Source of the DNA: Acanthaster planci
Lineage: Eukaryota
DNA: 64,000 bases
Assembly (NCBI RefSeq): GCF_001949145.1
Contig: NW_019091355.1
Span: forward strand, 680,083 to 744,082
Direction of reading: 5' to 3'
Shown here: positions 24,401 to 37,700 of the stretch, in pieces
How the letters are laid out: the number at the start of each line of letters is the position of its first letter
Position numbering within the stretch: position 1 is the stretch's first letter
Translations under genes and position numbers: made by a program
Notes under the pieces: generated by a model
What the model saw: only the letters and a program-made list of their open reading frames with translations
Told to the model about the DNA's origin: nothing
The model's database searches: none

Positions 24401-26315
24401 GACCGGAAATTTTTGGCCTGAAAACGGGTTACCCACTGCAATTTACAGGTCTATCTTACAAAGAAGAAAATATACGTCACTGAGTGAGAAGGGTAAAGTC
24501 TATTTAGCAATTTGAAGAACGTTGTTTTTTATTTTGCAACAAGTTCATCACTGGTCAGAAATGAAATGTTGCCTTAAAATGCCCACTTATTCTACCAAAG
24601 ATCAAGAGAGGGGTATTATTTCTGTATTCAGCATTTAGCTGTGGTATTTATTAAGTTGTAACCTATATGTTTCAGCGACTGCTAGGGATTTTTAAGCACC
24701 TTATGATTCAAATTATTGGCGAGCATGGCAAAAACTAAGATTGTGACGTAGAAAGAAATGGTTCCACATGTGTAGCTAATGCGTTTGTGGAGAAAGAAAA
24801 ACACCTTCGTTAGAAGGATACTCCCATTTCGTCCCCTTAGATCTCCATAGCCACTGCCGTTTGATCTTGTTATTTATAACTTGTCATTTTGAACCGATGT
24901 CGTACGTTGTGGCTGCTATTGTTTATTCCATTTTCTCTCCATTTTATCTCCATCTTAGTTCCATTTTGCAAAATCCTGTCCAATGTAATGTATTTCAAGA
25001 CAAAATGAAACACAACGGACCTGACTGAAGAGTATTATGCATCTGAATTTTGTTCAAATTCTCTCTCCTGCTGGAGGGCAACCCGGAGGCCGATCTTTGA
25101 GCTTCGAGTTTTATTCTTTTCCAATTTTGAAAATTAGACTTACAGATCCGAAGGGGATGCATGAATTTTGGAATCAGCATCCAATATTGTCTTCATGTTT
25201 TTTTGCCGCTGGGTTGGCAAACAACTCTGTCTGAATGTGTATTTCTCTGAGCGGGATCAGATGTTCATAGAATTAACAAAGGGAATTCCCGCGACTCTCC
25301 TGTGAAATCCAGGAAAATGTGATTTACATTTTGAAGCGATTGCCAGCTTGCAAATTATCTTTACATCAGCTTAGAACGAATCAGCCTGGCCAAGGCATGA
25401 CTTGTATCTTGGCATCCACTGTCAAGAAGGGTTTGAATTTATTACGTTTGATGGATATTCCCCAGCAGTCAATTTCTCATGACCCGTCAAAAGCGTCAGG
25501 GCCTGAAAATGACGACGTGTTTGTTGGTAACCAAAGCCATGACACACACAGGACGTCTGGTGGGAGAATGAAGTTGTCTAAAACTGCCTTTAACAATCAT
25601 TATTTGGCGGTTTTGCATAGCTCAGTTCTTCTCTCATAATTTTGTTCATGTGACTGTGCCAGCTATAAATACTTTCACCTGTCTGTAAAGTCTGTTTGAT
25701 GGTCGTCCAGGCAGAAAAGCAAAATGGAGACTTGTTTTTGCCGCCCAAACAATGGTTGACATATAGTCACTATGAAATGTGCTTTTGATGCTGATTTTTA
25801 TTCTTACCTTTTCCCCGGTCTATTCACGATTCATAATTACTTCAACATTTCCTCTGTACCATACCAGTGACTTACAGCTTTAATATATTACGGCTCCGTT
25901 AAGTAGGGTATGAGGCGGCTTGAGCGCAGCGCCAACGTCCGTATATCGGGCCGCGCGGTTCCACGCTGGTGTGGTTGTCCAACTTAATCACATCGTTTCG
26001 TTACTGACACGGACGGCAAACAGATCACGTTTCAGCAAGCTAAGGCAGAGCGGGTACCGCCATACTAGACACGATAGAGGGGCCATTCAATTGGTATTTT
26101 GCTAGCATTACTCCCAGAGAAGAAGGGACGAACACACCGCGGGCAAACCGGCTCGACACGTTGAAAAGAACTGAATAGCGCATATTGGTAACTTTAAATG
26201 AAAATATAAAAAGAAATCCTTGCATGTTTTGAAGAACGTTACCCTTATTCTTGAAAGTTTGGATCAATGGAGAAATACAACCATTGGATGAGATGTGAAC
26301 ATCCTGAAAATGAAG

Positions 26316-26412
26316 TACGGAAGCCCGTTAGGGCCACGTGTCTTTCTCTTTCACGGCGGTGTGTTTCTCTTTCGTGAAAGAGAAAGACACCTGGCCCTAA
26401 CGGGCTTCCGTA
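26316..26412. mobile_element. 97-bp foldback MITE with 6-bp TSD (IS3EU-like)
   Basis: ~40-bp inverted arms TACGGAAGCCCGTTAGGGCCA...TGGCCCTAACGGGCTTCCGTA, flanked by direct ATGAAG (26310-26315 and 26413-26418). Confidence 0.75.
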
Positions 26413-29400
26413 ATGAAGTAAGGTAAAAGGACGTCAATAAAATACGTGACTGGCGCCGGTCGAAGCACTTACCTAATTTGAATTCGAAGTGTCAAGGAAC
26501 CAAATTGCTTTTTTTCAATTGACTGGTTTTGGTTAGTTTTTCAAATTGTACCACCATGTACGTTATACAAATAAACCTTTACCTTTAAGCTAACTTTAAA
26601 ATCTGGTTTCACGCGTGAAAAGTAGAATCAAATCTGGTCCTTTTCAAAACAGCCTGAACATTTCCAGCATCGAGACATGGGCGAAAGCCTTGAAGGCTAA
26701 TTCTCTAGTGAAATTTTAACCTTATCCTATCTGGGTCGACGGCACCAGCTGTCCACTTCTCTTCTCCAGAATCTACACTTCGGTCTATTCCAAGATCAAT
26801 ACCTTAATGAATGCATTCAATGGGCGGACACTAATGACCCAAAGAAAACAGCAAATCCTAATGAGGTTCACTAGTCTTGATCCAAGCGCAGCAAAAATGC
26901 GTTCCTTACATTGATTGTCCAAGCCAGGTTCACGCGGACAATTGATTTACAGGACAAAGTGTTGATTTCTGCATAAACATTGGAAAAACCAGCCCATTCG
27001 TCAATTGAAAATAAATTGACTTGACGAGTTAACTTAAAATAAACAAAGAGTTAAGGCGTATGGTATTTATCTGACTTTTTACATCAATTTCTATGTTAGG
27101 TTGAGCTGAACGCCCAAACTTGTAAATCGCCTCGGTTACGCAACCTGTTAGAAGCTTTGAAAAGCTAAAAATGAAAAGGATAGCATAACACACGGTGGTT
27201 ACAGAACACGGCTGGGTGTATATCAACTTCTCTACCAAGTGAAACATCATAAGGCTGCTCAGTTCTGCAAGTTAAGTTTATTATTCAATTGGACACAAAG
27301 ATCATGCAAATCATAAGCCTTGTTGTCTTGATCGGAGATTATTGTCAACATAGACTAGTAAGTGTTATGACAAGAAATCATCAAAATCACTGTAGAATGT
27401 AGAACCATTAAGCTGTTCAAATTGGAAATATTTCTTGTTTCTTTCATCTTTGAGACACAAACAACTTCTGTTTTTAGACACGTCCTCCACAAAGGTGCTG
27501 AAAACATCGCAAAATTTAGAGTCTTTGAAAAGCCAGAACTCATGTATTCATTTGCCTAAAATGTGACAAGCAAACCCAGCACCAAGTGTGGTACCTATGT
27601 TCGAAATACATTCTGCTCCTGAAGGCACGTGAATATTTCCGTTTAGTTTGGGTCTGGCGTTTTTAGCGAAAGATTTTTCGTAGCGTATCAAATCAACATG
27701 TAACCCAACCTGGAAATCTATGGCAGAACCATTCATATTGGCGACTGGTCACTAGATTGATCATATTTCGTCCCTTTTCAGGCCCAATCTGCGCGGCTAG
27801 GCAACCTTATCCCTTGCATCGGTGCACTTTCTATCGCGGTCCTAGGCTTGGCGCGCCCTCCCGGCAGAATTAATCCACCCTCTGGGGAATGGGTCGCTCC
27901 CCCGCAGAAATTACCTCCAAAACTCGACGAATTATTGCAGCTACCTGTTTTCCCAAACTGGTACCTGCCTGCAACACTATTGATCGGTTCACTTCTCCAA
28001 CGCGAAGAAAAGAAAAGACCTTGCCAAACAACGATGCAAATATCGATATGAGAGCTCTCCATGAAATGCTGCTCTTCCTTTAATTCAATGTGCGCGCTCC
28101 AGGACAAAGGACATAGGAAATAAAATTCGCTACCTCTACGCTGTGTTGGTTTTGGTCGAAAGTAAAATACCCGGCAATGACGTATACGGTTTTGAAGCTG
28201 CGCATGGCAATATTGCCATTTTATTATTTTTTCATGCAGTTAGCAAACGATTGGAATATCATTAATGCTTACAACTTGGCTTTTTGACTCAAGCTTTGAT
28301 ACTGTAAATTCACATGCATCAGGGCATCCTATACACGAAGACCGCTGTTTTCAAGCATCATGTCAAGCTTGGCGGTGATGTCGTGTACACTCAATACCAC
28401 TGAATTAAATAGTCAAGTCACCTGAAAATGATTGGGTAATTCGACCTGTTTTTTTCCAAGCTCCAGGACAGGAACAGGAGAAGAACATGTTTTGCAAATG
28501 TTTAATACCTGTAAAAAAACTGTACAGGAGTAAAATTACCCACGTTTAAGGGATAATTTCCAAGACATTATGCGCGAGTTACATCTTCCCTTGAACGGGA
28601 TTTATAAATAAAAAGTGCACTTAATTTTTAATCAGAGTTCCCTCCTTTATAATTTTACACTCGATCGGCAGTCATAGTGATGGTTGAAAAATCAATATTT
28701 AATTTAAAAGGATGGCACTTTGGGCAAAAGTTGTTGGCAGGTTTGGCTTGTGGTTAAATATGTTCCTCTTACCTCTTGTCCACGTCCACATTCTGGTTAT
28801 GATACTGGAGGTTACTGCTGCGTCATTCACGCAGGATAGACATGGCAATCTAGACCACCTCACATGTGAGTCGACGCGAAAGCGATGTGTGGTGAAATGA
28901 CACTGGAAATGATTGCCATTGGCGACAGGTTTTATTGTGAGAATATTGAAGATAATTCGAGGGATTCTTAAAATCCATCCCCACACTACAATTCTCATTA
29001 ATTTATTTCACCGCTGTCGTTTTTTTTATTTTCTCGCTTACATTTTAAAGTAAGTCTTTTAAATGTTCTTTAATTTGATTTTACCACTTCTATTTAGCTT
29101 TTTATTATTACTGTGCTCACTTGAAATCCGAAGAGACACTTTTCAAGTTCAATTGGTAATAAACTGTCTACGGAATAGGCTAATAATAGGCCTACTTGTC
29201 ATTCTGCCGTCCTTGTTTTATGTACTGTTTTACATTCAACATTTTCCCCTTCGACTAAAAACTGATGAAAGGAAAGTGACTTTTTTCAGAGTGTATGAAA
29301 TAACAGAGTGGATTCGTCTGCACCTTTGAATACAAACAAGTTTGTCACATCCTGTTTTAACGATGGAACCGATGTCTGACAGAACACAGCCACGGACGTT

Positions 29401-31898
29401 ATGCGAATAATTCAATGGCAATGTACTCGTGTAGAATAACAAAAATTTGTCATGTTGATACCCAGTCGCCTTTTGTCAAGGGACATACGTGTACCCGGGG
29501 CAAGTCTTTTGTCCTTGAGGTTGTGACGGTCGCAGAGACGGAAGGTGTAATTACTTCATCTTTCAAAAATATTTTTCATAATGCAAGTCGCTGAAAGGGA
29601 GGAAATGAAGTTATTTTTCTTTGAGTGATGTCACTGTGTATTTGCAACACCACTCCGCAAGAACAACAAAAGAAAGATAAACCTGTGAAAGAGTAGGTGA
29701 ATTCTAAATTATGATGACGATTCCGACGACAAGAGTCAGTACTTTCAAACAAAACGGTGGTGCTGATGTTGAAAGTGCAGAACGGAAAACCTTTTTACAA
29801 TAAACTTTGGATGAAATTAAGCACTTGCTTTAAGAGTACCAATGGCACATAATGACCCATCTCAATTCATATTCTCAGGTAAAGGTCTAAGATTCCCTGT
29901 TTTGGTTGTTAAATTACTTCTAAGACACTCATGTCACCTACGATGCTATGTCTGTTAGCTTTCGATGAGTAGAACACTTTTTTACGCTTTTGGAGGCAAT
30001 ATTTTACACCCCCGCGTATGTTATCAAAGCGAAAGAAATTCAGCGTTGAATAAAACTGTTTGTTCTGTCCTGAGAGGCCAGGTGACAATCTAACAAGGTT
30101 CAGGTCTTCGTTGTACTTTGATCAAGGAGCCCATTCTTAGGGTGGAAGTATTTTTGTTATCTATAGTGCTACAAATAACCAGGCCTTGATTGTTTCTCTA
30201 CCAAATGCTTATACTAGACTAAGAGGATCCTCGTGGGTGTGGACAGTAATCAAGTCTGTTCGGAAAGAAGCAATGCAAATACAGTACACAACAAATCCCA
30301 ATTCGCAACACATTTATTTTGGCACCTGAAAATTGTAGTTCAACAAGCCCAGTTTCCGGATTACACTAAGCGCCTTCAGTGAGCGCACGTTTTTGTTCCT
30401 CCTTGACGTGCATGAGTCCACCCTGTGGACTTTTATTGTCAGTGAATATCTTTATAATATACTTTCTGAATTAAGGTTTGAAACTTGCCGGATGAATGTT
30501 CCAAATGGCTCTAAAGTCAGTGATTGATGAGCCACGAGCGAAAGCCAATGATGTCTAGGTGGAATTTTGTGATTAACAAACTCTGTCGAGTGAACAAAAT
30601 ATTGGCAGATTGGCTTGCCTAAAATGCAAGGGATTTACACAAAACTGAATATAGCTCCTTAGAGGAAATTTGGAACACAAGGGGATATGCAGTTGATGGG
30701 GACAACATGACAGGAGAATGAAATCGATTCGTAGATTTATAGTATACTAAAATGTAGTGAGCCTGGAAATGTAGACGTGGAAACATTTGGTTCATTCTTT
30801 GAAATGTTACATTCCATCGATGTTTGTTCACCAAAGCTATAGCCTACAACGAGACATAATCGATTCTTATTGTCAAAACTTCGACTGTCAAGGTGTTAAA
30901 CATCCAAGCAAGATTCATCCTCAAATGGCCCCCTAATCAAAAAGCTTTGTTACGATGAGGAGACTCTGTTTCATCAATCTGGAAAGTTTTACACATACTT
31001 CCATTATCTATCATGGTGGGTACGGTGACAAACATAACAGGTGTAAGATACGTTAAGTTAGAAGTCCAGCTCAAAGAGCTTGGTATAACTGACAAACGGT
31101 CATAACGGCAGAATTTCATTCCCCAGAAGTTATCAGTCATCGCTGCAGTTGCTGAAATATTTTCGGGCCAGACCGCACGTTTCCAATCACAACTGACTTT
31201 AGTGTGTCGTGATTGGTGTTCGTAGAGCAACGTGGTACCACAAATTAAAGCCATAAAACAAATATATGGACTGAAATATAGGTCAGGCGATGATCATGGG
31301 AAGAGCAAAGAGGATATTTTATGTGGGATGGAAAAAAGCATTTCCAAAGCAGTTATCAGTGCATTATAAATCAATGTGAATAGAGTCATAACAAACCGTC
31401 CAGTGTTGGTTAGGGAGCAAGTGGCGGTGTGTATACATGTATTATCAAAGCTGTCCTTTGACAATAGCTTTTCACGAAGGGATGAAACCCGTTTGTTTCT
31501 CATTCATGCTGCAAATGTTCCGGAGGGTTTGGTTGTTGCAGCTATAGTTTTTACGGAGTCAGCTCTTGCTACGCTGCTGTGTCGTGGCAGTTACAGTTCA
31601 ATTTCGCTGCCGTTGCCATTGGATCTGTCTCAGTTTTCTGCTGTAAAGGCCTCCATTCTTTCGATTTATATTTTAGATTTATGGAGCCAGCTATCAGTTT
31701 GCAGGAGTTTGTGTATTTTACACTGGCGCTACAACATCAGTCCCACAACAGGTGAAGGATTTAGGAGTGTTAGGGTTAATTAAGCTATTAATCATTGCTT
31801 AAAAAGAAACCACTGTTTTTAAAGACCGTCTTGAAGTTGTGTCGTACCGGGTACCAGTGCACTGTCAAAGACGTGGAATAACACGTTGCACCCTCTGA

Positions 31899-32131
31899 AG
31901 TCTGGTTTCCATATCGACGTAATGAGTTGCAGCAAGCATTGCCGATTAGTCCCCAACGATACGCAGTGATATGCAATACTTTATGTATTACCGGTTCTAG
32001 TCTACTATATGCAGCCCCAATTGACAACAAAATAGCTCACCATCAACAAAATACATTAATGTGGAGTACCAGTTTGGTTTCAAGAGGTAACGTTGCGGTA
32101 GCGGTGGTTACGATCATATGGAAACCAGGCT
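31899..32131. mobile_element. PIF/Harbinger-like MITE
   Basis: TIRs AGTCTGGTTTCCATATCGACGTAA and (reverse complement of the right end) AGCCTGGTTTCCATATGATCGTAA. Flanks are TGA and TAA, consistent with a decayed TWA target duplication. Confidence 0.65.
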
Positions 32132-34540
32132 TAACATCCAACTTTTAACTCAACTACGCATTTTTCGGTTAGTTACTGACAGCCCAGCTGACAGTGCTAA
32201 ATCACGCTAGTCGCCCTAAAATTCATTCTCGATATCGTGTACCGTAATTGATCTCCATTTTTCATTTGTTATGGAAATTACAAGAAGGCAGCATATACGT
32301 TATTGTCTAGACGCCACGCAGGAGGTCTTCCCTGCATTACTACCGAAATTGTCCAATATAACGGTGCACAGATTGTTGATGTAATGGATTTGTAGCGTTT
32401 GCGCGTATAAACAGGTGACCAAGCGATTTTCGCTGCGAGCTTCGTTGGTAACCCGCTGGTGACCTTTCCATTTGGTTGAACTGTTGCTGAGTGCATTTCA
32501 AATGACGATCAGGGGTCAATACTTCTTTAAGCTCAAAAACTGGATGCACGTGCAGCAATCACAAGAGTGAATTTCTTTGCTTTTTGTTGCAAACCCCCCC
32601 CCAAAAAAAAGGATACCATAATTATGCGCATCCATTGATGGGGCGACGAGTACCAGCAAAGTTGTTGCCGCTACCACTTTGCATGATTGATGAGGATACA
32701 AAGTTTTAACAGGTGCAATCCAAGCACTCGGAGCCGGGTTCTTTAACACGGAACATGACACAGAATATGACGGCACCAATGAAAGGAAATAATCCCGCAC
32801 GCCGTGTATAACCGGTGCTGTGCCAAACAGTATACCCCTGGCTATCAATTCTATGGACAGCCTCATCTGAAATCCTGAAAAGGGGGTCTAAAGACGAGAG
32901 AGGTCAGAGAGCTAGGGTAATCCTCCCCGGGGTTAAAAGGACAGGCACTTTATTAAAAATGGTGTACCGACTTCGAAGGATTATGTCCCTACTCTGCAAG
33001 CGCCAGTATTCGTGCTCATGCAATTTAACCGTTCAAGCTGGAGTGGAAAAAAAATGAGAATTCATCACTCAATGAGTATTCCATGATATCAAATCATTGT
33101 GGATTCTGCTGAGTGGAGGATGTGGAGAAATGGTTGATAGGCTTTATGATGCATGAAGTATGACATTCGTGTTATATTTTTATGATGAAAAGATCTGTCG
33201 AGGGATCTTCAACGCGTCTTGGAAATGGGGTCAGGAGCACCTCCGAAAGAGAACTGACGGGAGTTGATGGTAAGACGGAGCAATACACGCGGGAAGGGGA
33301 ATCGACCGAGCCCGAAGCGCCTGAGGTGGGCTTAACAAGGACTACCGTAGGGGGCCAGTAACCAAAGACATTCCCCTCCGTATAACCCCCAATCGCTGTA
33401 GACAGACGCATACTATTATGAGGAATGCTTGCGGTGAATTGACGCGTCTTGAATCTCGTACACACCCAATTCTATTGTCACGGGCAACTTGATGTTCGTC
33501 GCTCAATCGTATCTGCATCTCGACCGGTTATAATATAAATTATGTTTTAAAGGAAAATGTCAATCTCTGCTACTGGTAGGAAATCTCGCTATCACGATCT
33601 GGTATTAAAATGAAGCATGGCTCGGTCTTAAATGTCCTATTAAGATCATCTATTTCTTGAAGTATATGTTTTCACAGAACGCATTGTCACAGTTTACAAT
33701 CTGTAGTAAAATGTTAAGTGCGTCACTACAGATCGAGACAACTGTCGAATTTCAACTGTATTACAACTAAACGCTTTTTGCGAAAACAGTTTCTAGAAAA
33801 AAATTGATGGAATACTACGGTACTTAAATCAAAATTCTGCATCTGTAAATGTGCCTGCAAGTATGAAATGAGGGTGAATACCTCTCGAGATTTCAAACAG
33901 GGATTGTTATTCAGTATAACTTAAAAGGAAAGCGTAGATCGGAAAATCTAATAGCCTAATGCTTTATTCAAAGCTTCTACCTTTTCCCAGTTCCTGGGTA
34001 ATTCCAGCGGAATATTTTTCTCACAGTAGTGAGGTGAGTACTATTCTCGCCGTACGGTTCAACAGTTTAACTGATCCATATTTGTAGCTCAGTGTAGGTG
34101 GGAACTTTTGTTAACTCTGCCGATTTGCACACAGGAAAGCGGCCGTCAGAGTCAGGAGTGTCAAGGTAAACAGTATAATGTAATAAGGCGCCATTTGCTC
34201 CTGTGCGAATTGAGTTAACGTAATTGGTTCATTTCATTAGAGTCATGATGTGCACATCATCGGCTGTTTGGTAAAGTTCGCAGAAACACCACGAAAACTA
34301 GAAGTAAGGGAGGAGGTGACGGGGAGGGTGGGGTAAGCGCCTCAATCGGCTGTGTGACCTCACATGAGAGTAGGGTATTATGTTGCCATACGCTCGGATA
34401 ATGGCATAATAAGAGCTCCACGTGCGCGCAGACACACAGTGCGTAAAAGTCAGAATAAAACATGTGGGAAATCCCTCAGAGGATTGAAACCATGAACAGA
34501 AGAGCTCAATCTGTCACTTCAACTTCCTCCTGTTTGAATA

Positions 34541-34707
34541 CAGGCGTTTCACAATAGTGCGCCTCCAAGAGTTTGCAACGCGTTGACCAATCACAGTGAG
34601 TGAAATCTGTCGACCGAATGCGCGTTTGGAATGTGTCGAAAGATTTACGCACTGTAATTGGTCAACGCGTTGCAAACTCTTGGAGGCGCACTACTGTGAA
34701 TCGCCTG
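34541..34707. mobile_element. Palindromic MITE with TA flanks (Tc1/mariner-type)
   Basis: ~70-bp near-perfect inverted arms CAGGCGTTTCACAATAGTGCGCCTCCAAGAGTTTGCAACGCGTTGACCAAT.../...ATTGGTCAACGCGTTGCAAACTCTTGGAGGCGCACTACTGTGAATCGCCTG, with TA on both sides. Confidence 0.8.
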
Positions 34708-37700
34708 TATTATATTACTATACAGACTTGTCATTTTACAAGACTACATCCTCTATTTTATAGGCCTATTTGAAAACAGTCAGTCAAGACACAAAAGGGT
34801 CACTGTAATACACCCGTGGACCAACATGGTTAAAGTTTGTCAGGAGCACATTTGGTGAGGAACTTCAGCGGTTGCGGTCATAGCTTCGATAGATACAAAG
34901 CTTAATCTTTTCTTTAAATTCTAAGCGAGGGGCGGACACACTGAAGGGGGGGGGGACTAAACCTCCGTTTTTCCCTCCTACTAAAATCACTGATATACCA
35001 TAATACGTTATCATGGTGAACGTTGAAGCAATCGACGAAAGTTATCACGGAAGTCTGACATATATCCAGACCGTTAACTTTGTTAAACGAAATATGCATT
35101 AAGATTGCCCTTTAAATTCTGACAACGTAAACGATCAGAACTTAAGCGCGAAAGGTTAATGCAGCGAGCTCTTTTCGTCCTTCAGTCTCACGGATGTAAA
35201 TCTGTTTGCCTTTTATCGCGCATGCGGTCGCGTCTATTTAGCACTGACCGATGAGTGTTGCGGGTGGTACGTGTCCTTCATTGCCTCTGCCCTTGGGCAA
35301 GGTGTAAATCCACCAAACTTGACTGCTTGGATCCCACAGAGAGGCTGGATTCGCTTTATGGGTGCATTTAATCCTCAGCAAATTGAAAGCTTAGAAAACA
35401 TCGGTATTCTCCCGAAACAAAACAGTGATATGTATGCAGCTCTCTCAAAGTAAGGCATCTTCGACATTATATCCTCGTTTGATTGGTATGTTTAAATAAT
35501 TCATAAAGGTGGGCGTTTTTCGTAGAAGTTTTCAAAGAAATGTCATGTGTGAAGCGGCACGTTTTCAGGCATGCACGTATAGGGTCACTCACCCTCCGGT
35601 GTTCCAGTAACGAGTTTTCTTTCCCTTTTTGAACATTGTGGAGTTAATCAAGAATCATCGTCATTTCAATTCTTACGACGACCTCGCCGGTCGCAATCAG
35701 GCTGCAGCTGCTTCATCGTTGTCAGTGACTAGTCAAAAGAGGAAAAGGACCGTGACAGTTACCCGCGGATCGCATTCATCGTTTCCCGTCACAAGGCCAG
35801 TCTATCTGTTACAAACCCCACCGCGACAAACCAGATGTCATCCGACTGCGCAGCTGTCCTTAGATTAAACTGCGAGCGGGCGTACTACCAGTTCAATCAA
35901 ATCCAACCCTGTTTTGAGTGCTAACCCAAACAGGACAGGACATGCTACTTGTTTTCACACATTGCATTTTGAACTCTTAGCTGTTACATAATTTACCAAT
36001 CGTTTTGATGACCAAGACCATTCCGTTTGGGTATTTGTGCGCCATTTTAATTAAGATAGAAAGACTGGTCTTAAGACCAGAGAATGACTTACTGTAACTC
36101 AGTCATTAATCCCTGCCGCCATAACGTACACAGTTCATCCGGTTATACATCACACGATCAAAATTAGCTGGAGTATCATTTCGCTGTAAGAATTGGACTT
36201 TCATAGCTGTGGCTTACGTTTCACGCTATGAGCGCACTGCAGTAAGGAGGCGTAGCCAGTGTTAAGTCTCCTACTGTGGCCATTAGGAGCCTCTGAAAGG
36301 CCTCTAAAGGTCCATTACCTTTATACCGTTCCTTGTACTTTTCCATGAGACAAGTGGGAGTCTTAAAAACAAACTACGATGACAGTTTATCCACGGCTTT
36401 GCGGCAAAATGGAAAGGGTAGTTCTAGGCCAAACAAATTCATGTAAAGCCATCTAATGCCTGATACAACTATCAACTGTGGACACGCTACCGTCACTATG
36501 CACTGACCAAACAGTGCCAAGAGACCTGCCCCACGGATATTGTGAGTCCAAACAACCCGCTCAAAATTACGCGACAAATGGAGGCTTTTACGGTAAATTT
36601 CGAGCCCATACACATGTCGCAGTTTTGCAGGTTCTCAAAAACAAATTTGAAGGAAAAAATCTCGAATTTCTCCTCATTTGAGTAAATTAGCATAATAGCA
36701 ATGATAACTGTCTGTGATCAAGCATCCAACTACCACGGGTTATCACTATGATATTAATATGTCGGTTAATATTGATTTATGCCCTCTCAATATTTTACAA
36801 CTTATTTATTACTGTAGTTGTAAAAGTGGGCTTAGAGGTTATACCATCGGCTGTACGCTGGATTGTTGAGAAGATAGACGAACGATCGTTGAACAATGTC
36901 AGTTTCTTACCAAGATCGGTCAATAATTCATGTTATTATATCACGCATGCCCAGCCCTGCTCTCCAGCGAAAACGCCGGACAACGAAGATGTTTGTTTGA
37001 ACCATCCTCACGAGGGTTCCTGGCTGGATTATGGACAAAATTGCTTCCTTGGTCAAAAGAGAGAGACAGAGAGCTGATCACAGGAAAATATCAGGGTATC
37101 TTTTATTAAACCTGCGGGCGAGTAGAGAGGTTAGGGATTGATAAAAAAGCGCGCCGTGTGTGTTATCTTTAGTCTCAGAAGGAGTGTTGCTCAACTTCGT
37201 TCGTGTCTTATGGTTACAAATAGCCGCTGGTGGGGGAAGCGTGTGTATTGCCCCTACAGGTGATTCCACTGGTCATGCCCAGGGAGTGTCATCTCTAAGT
37301 GAAAATTGGACCTGGTTCTAGAATATCCAGTGAGGGCAAATTACCAGCTCTGGTGTGAGGTGATTTCCTTCATTTCACAGACTGATTAAAGGTAGGAAGA
37401 TGTGTATTTCCTTATCGCAATATATCACACGATGCTCTATCAAAAGGAGAAGTAAGCAAGTGGGATGCTCAGTTAGAAAGTTTTCATTCGAGAATAGTTA
37501 CTACAAAAATCGTTAGGTTGGTTCTGATGCATTTGTTGTGGTTATTGGTTTTTTAAAAATTCAAATCGTGGTTTATTTAATTCGCTTTAGGACTGTCATT
37601 AATTTTACAAAGCTATACAGCTCAGTGGTCCTTGAGGCTGTGTCTGAATCGGACCTTCTGTGGCTACGGCTTCCTATTTGACACTGACACGCTACGGGTG

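Noticed and set aside
31376..31783. 135-aa ORF
   Set aside because: Non-ATG start, no domain signature, and composition like the background.
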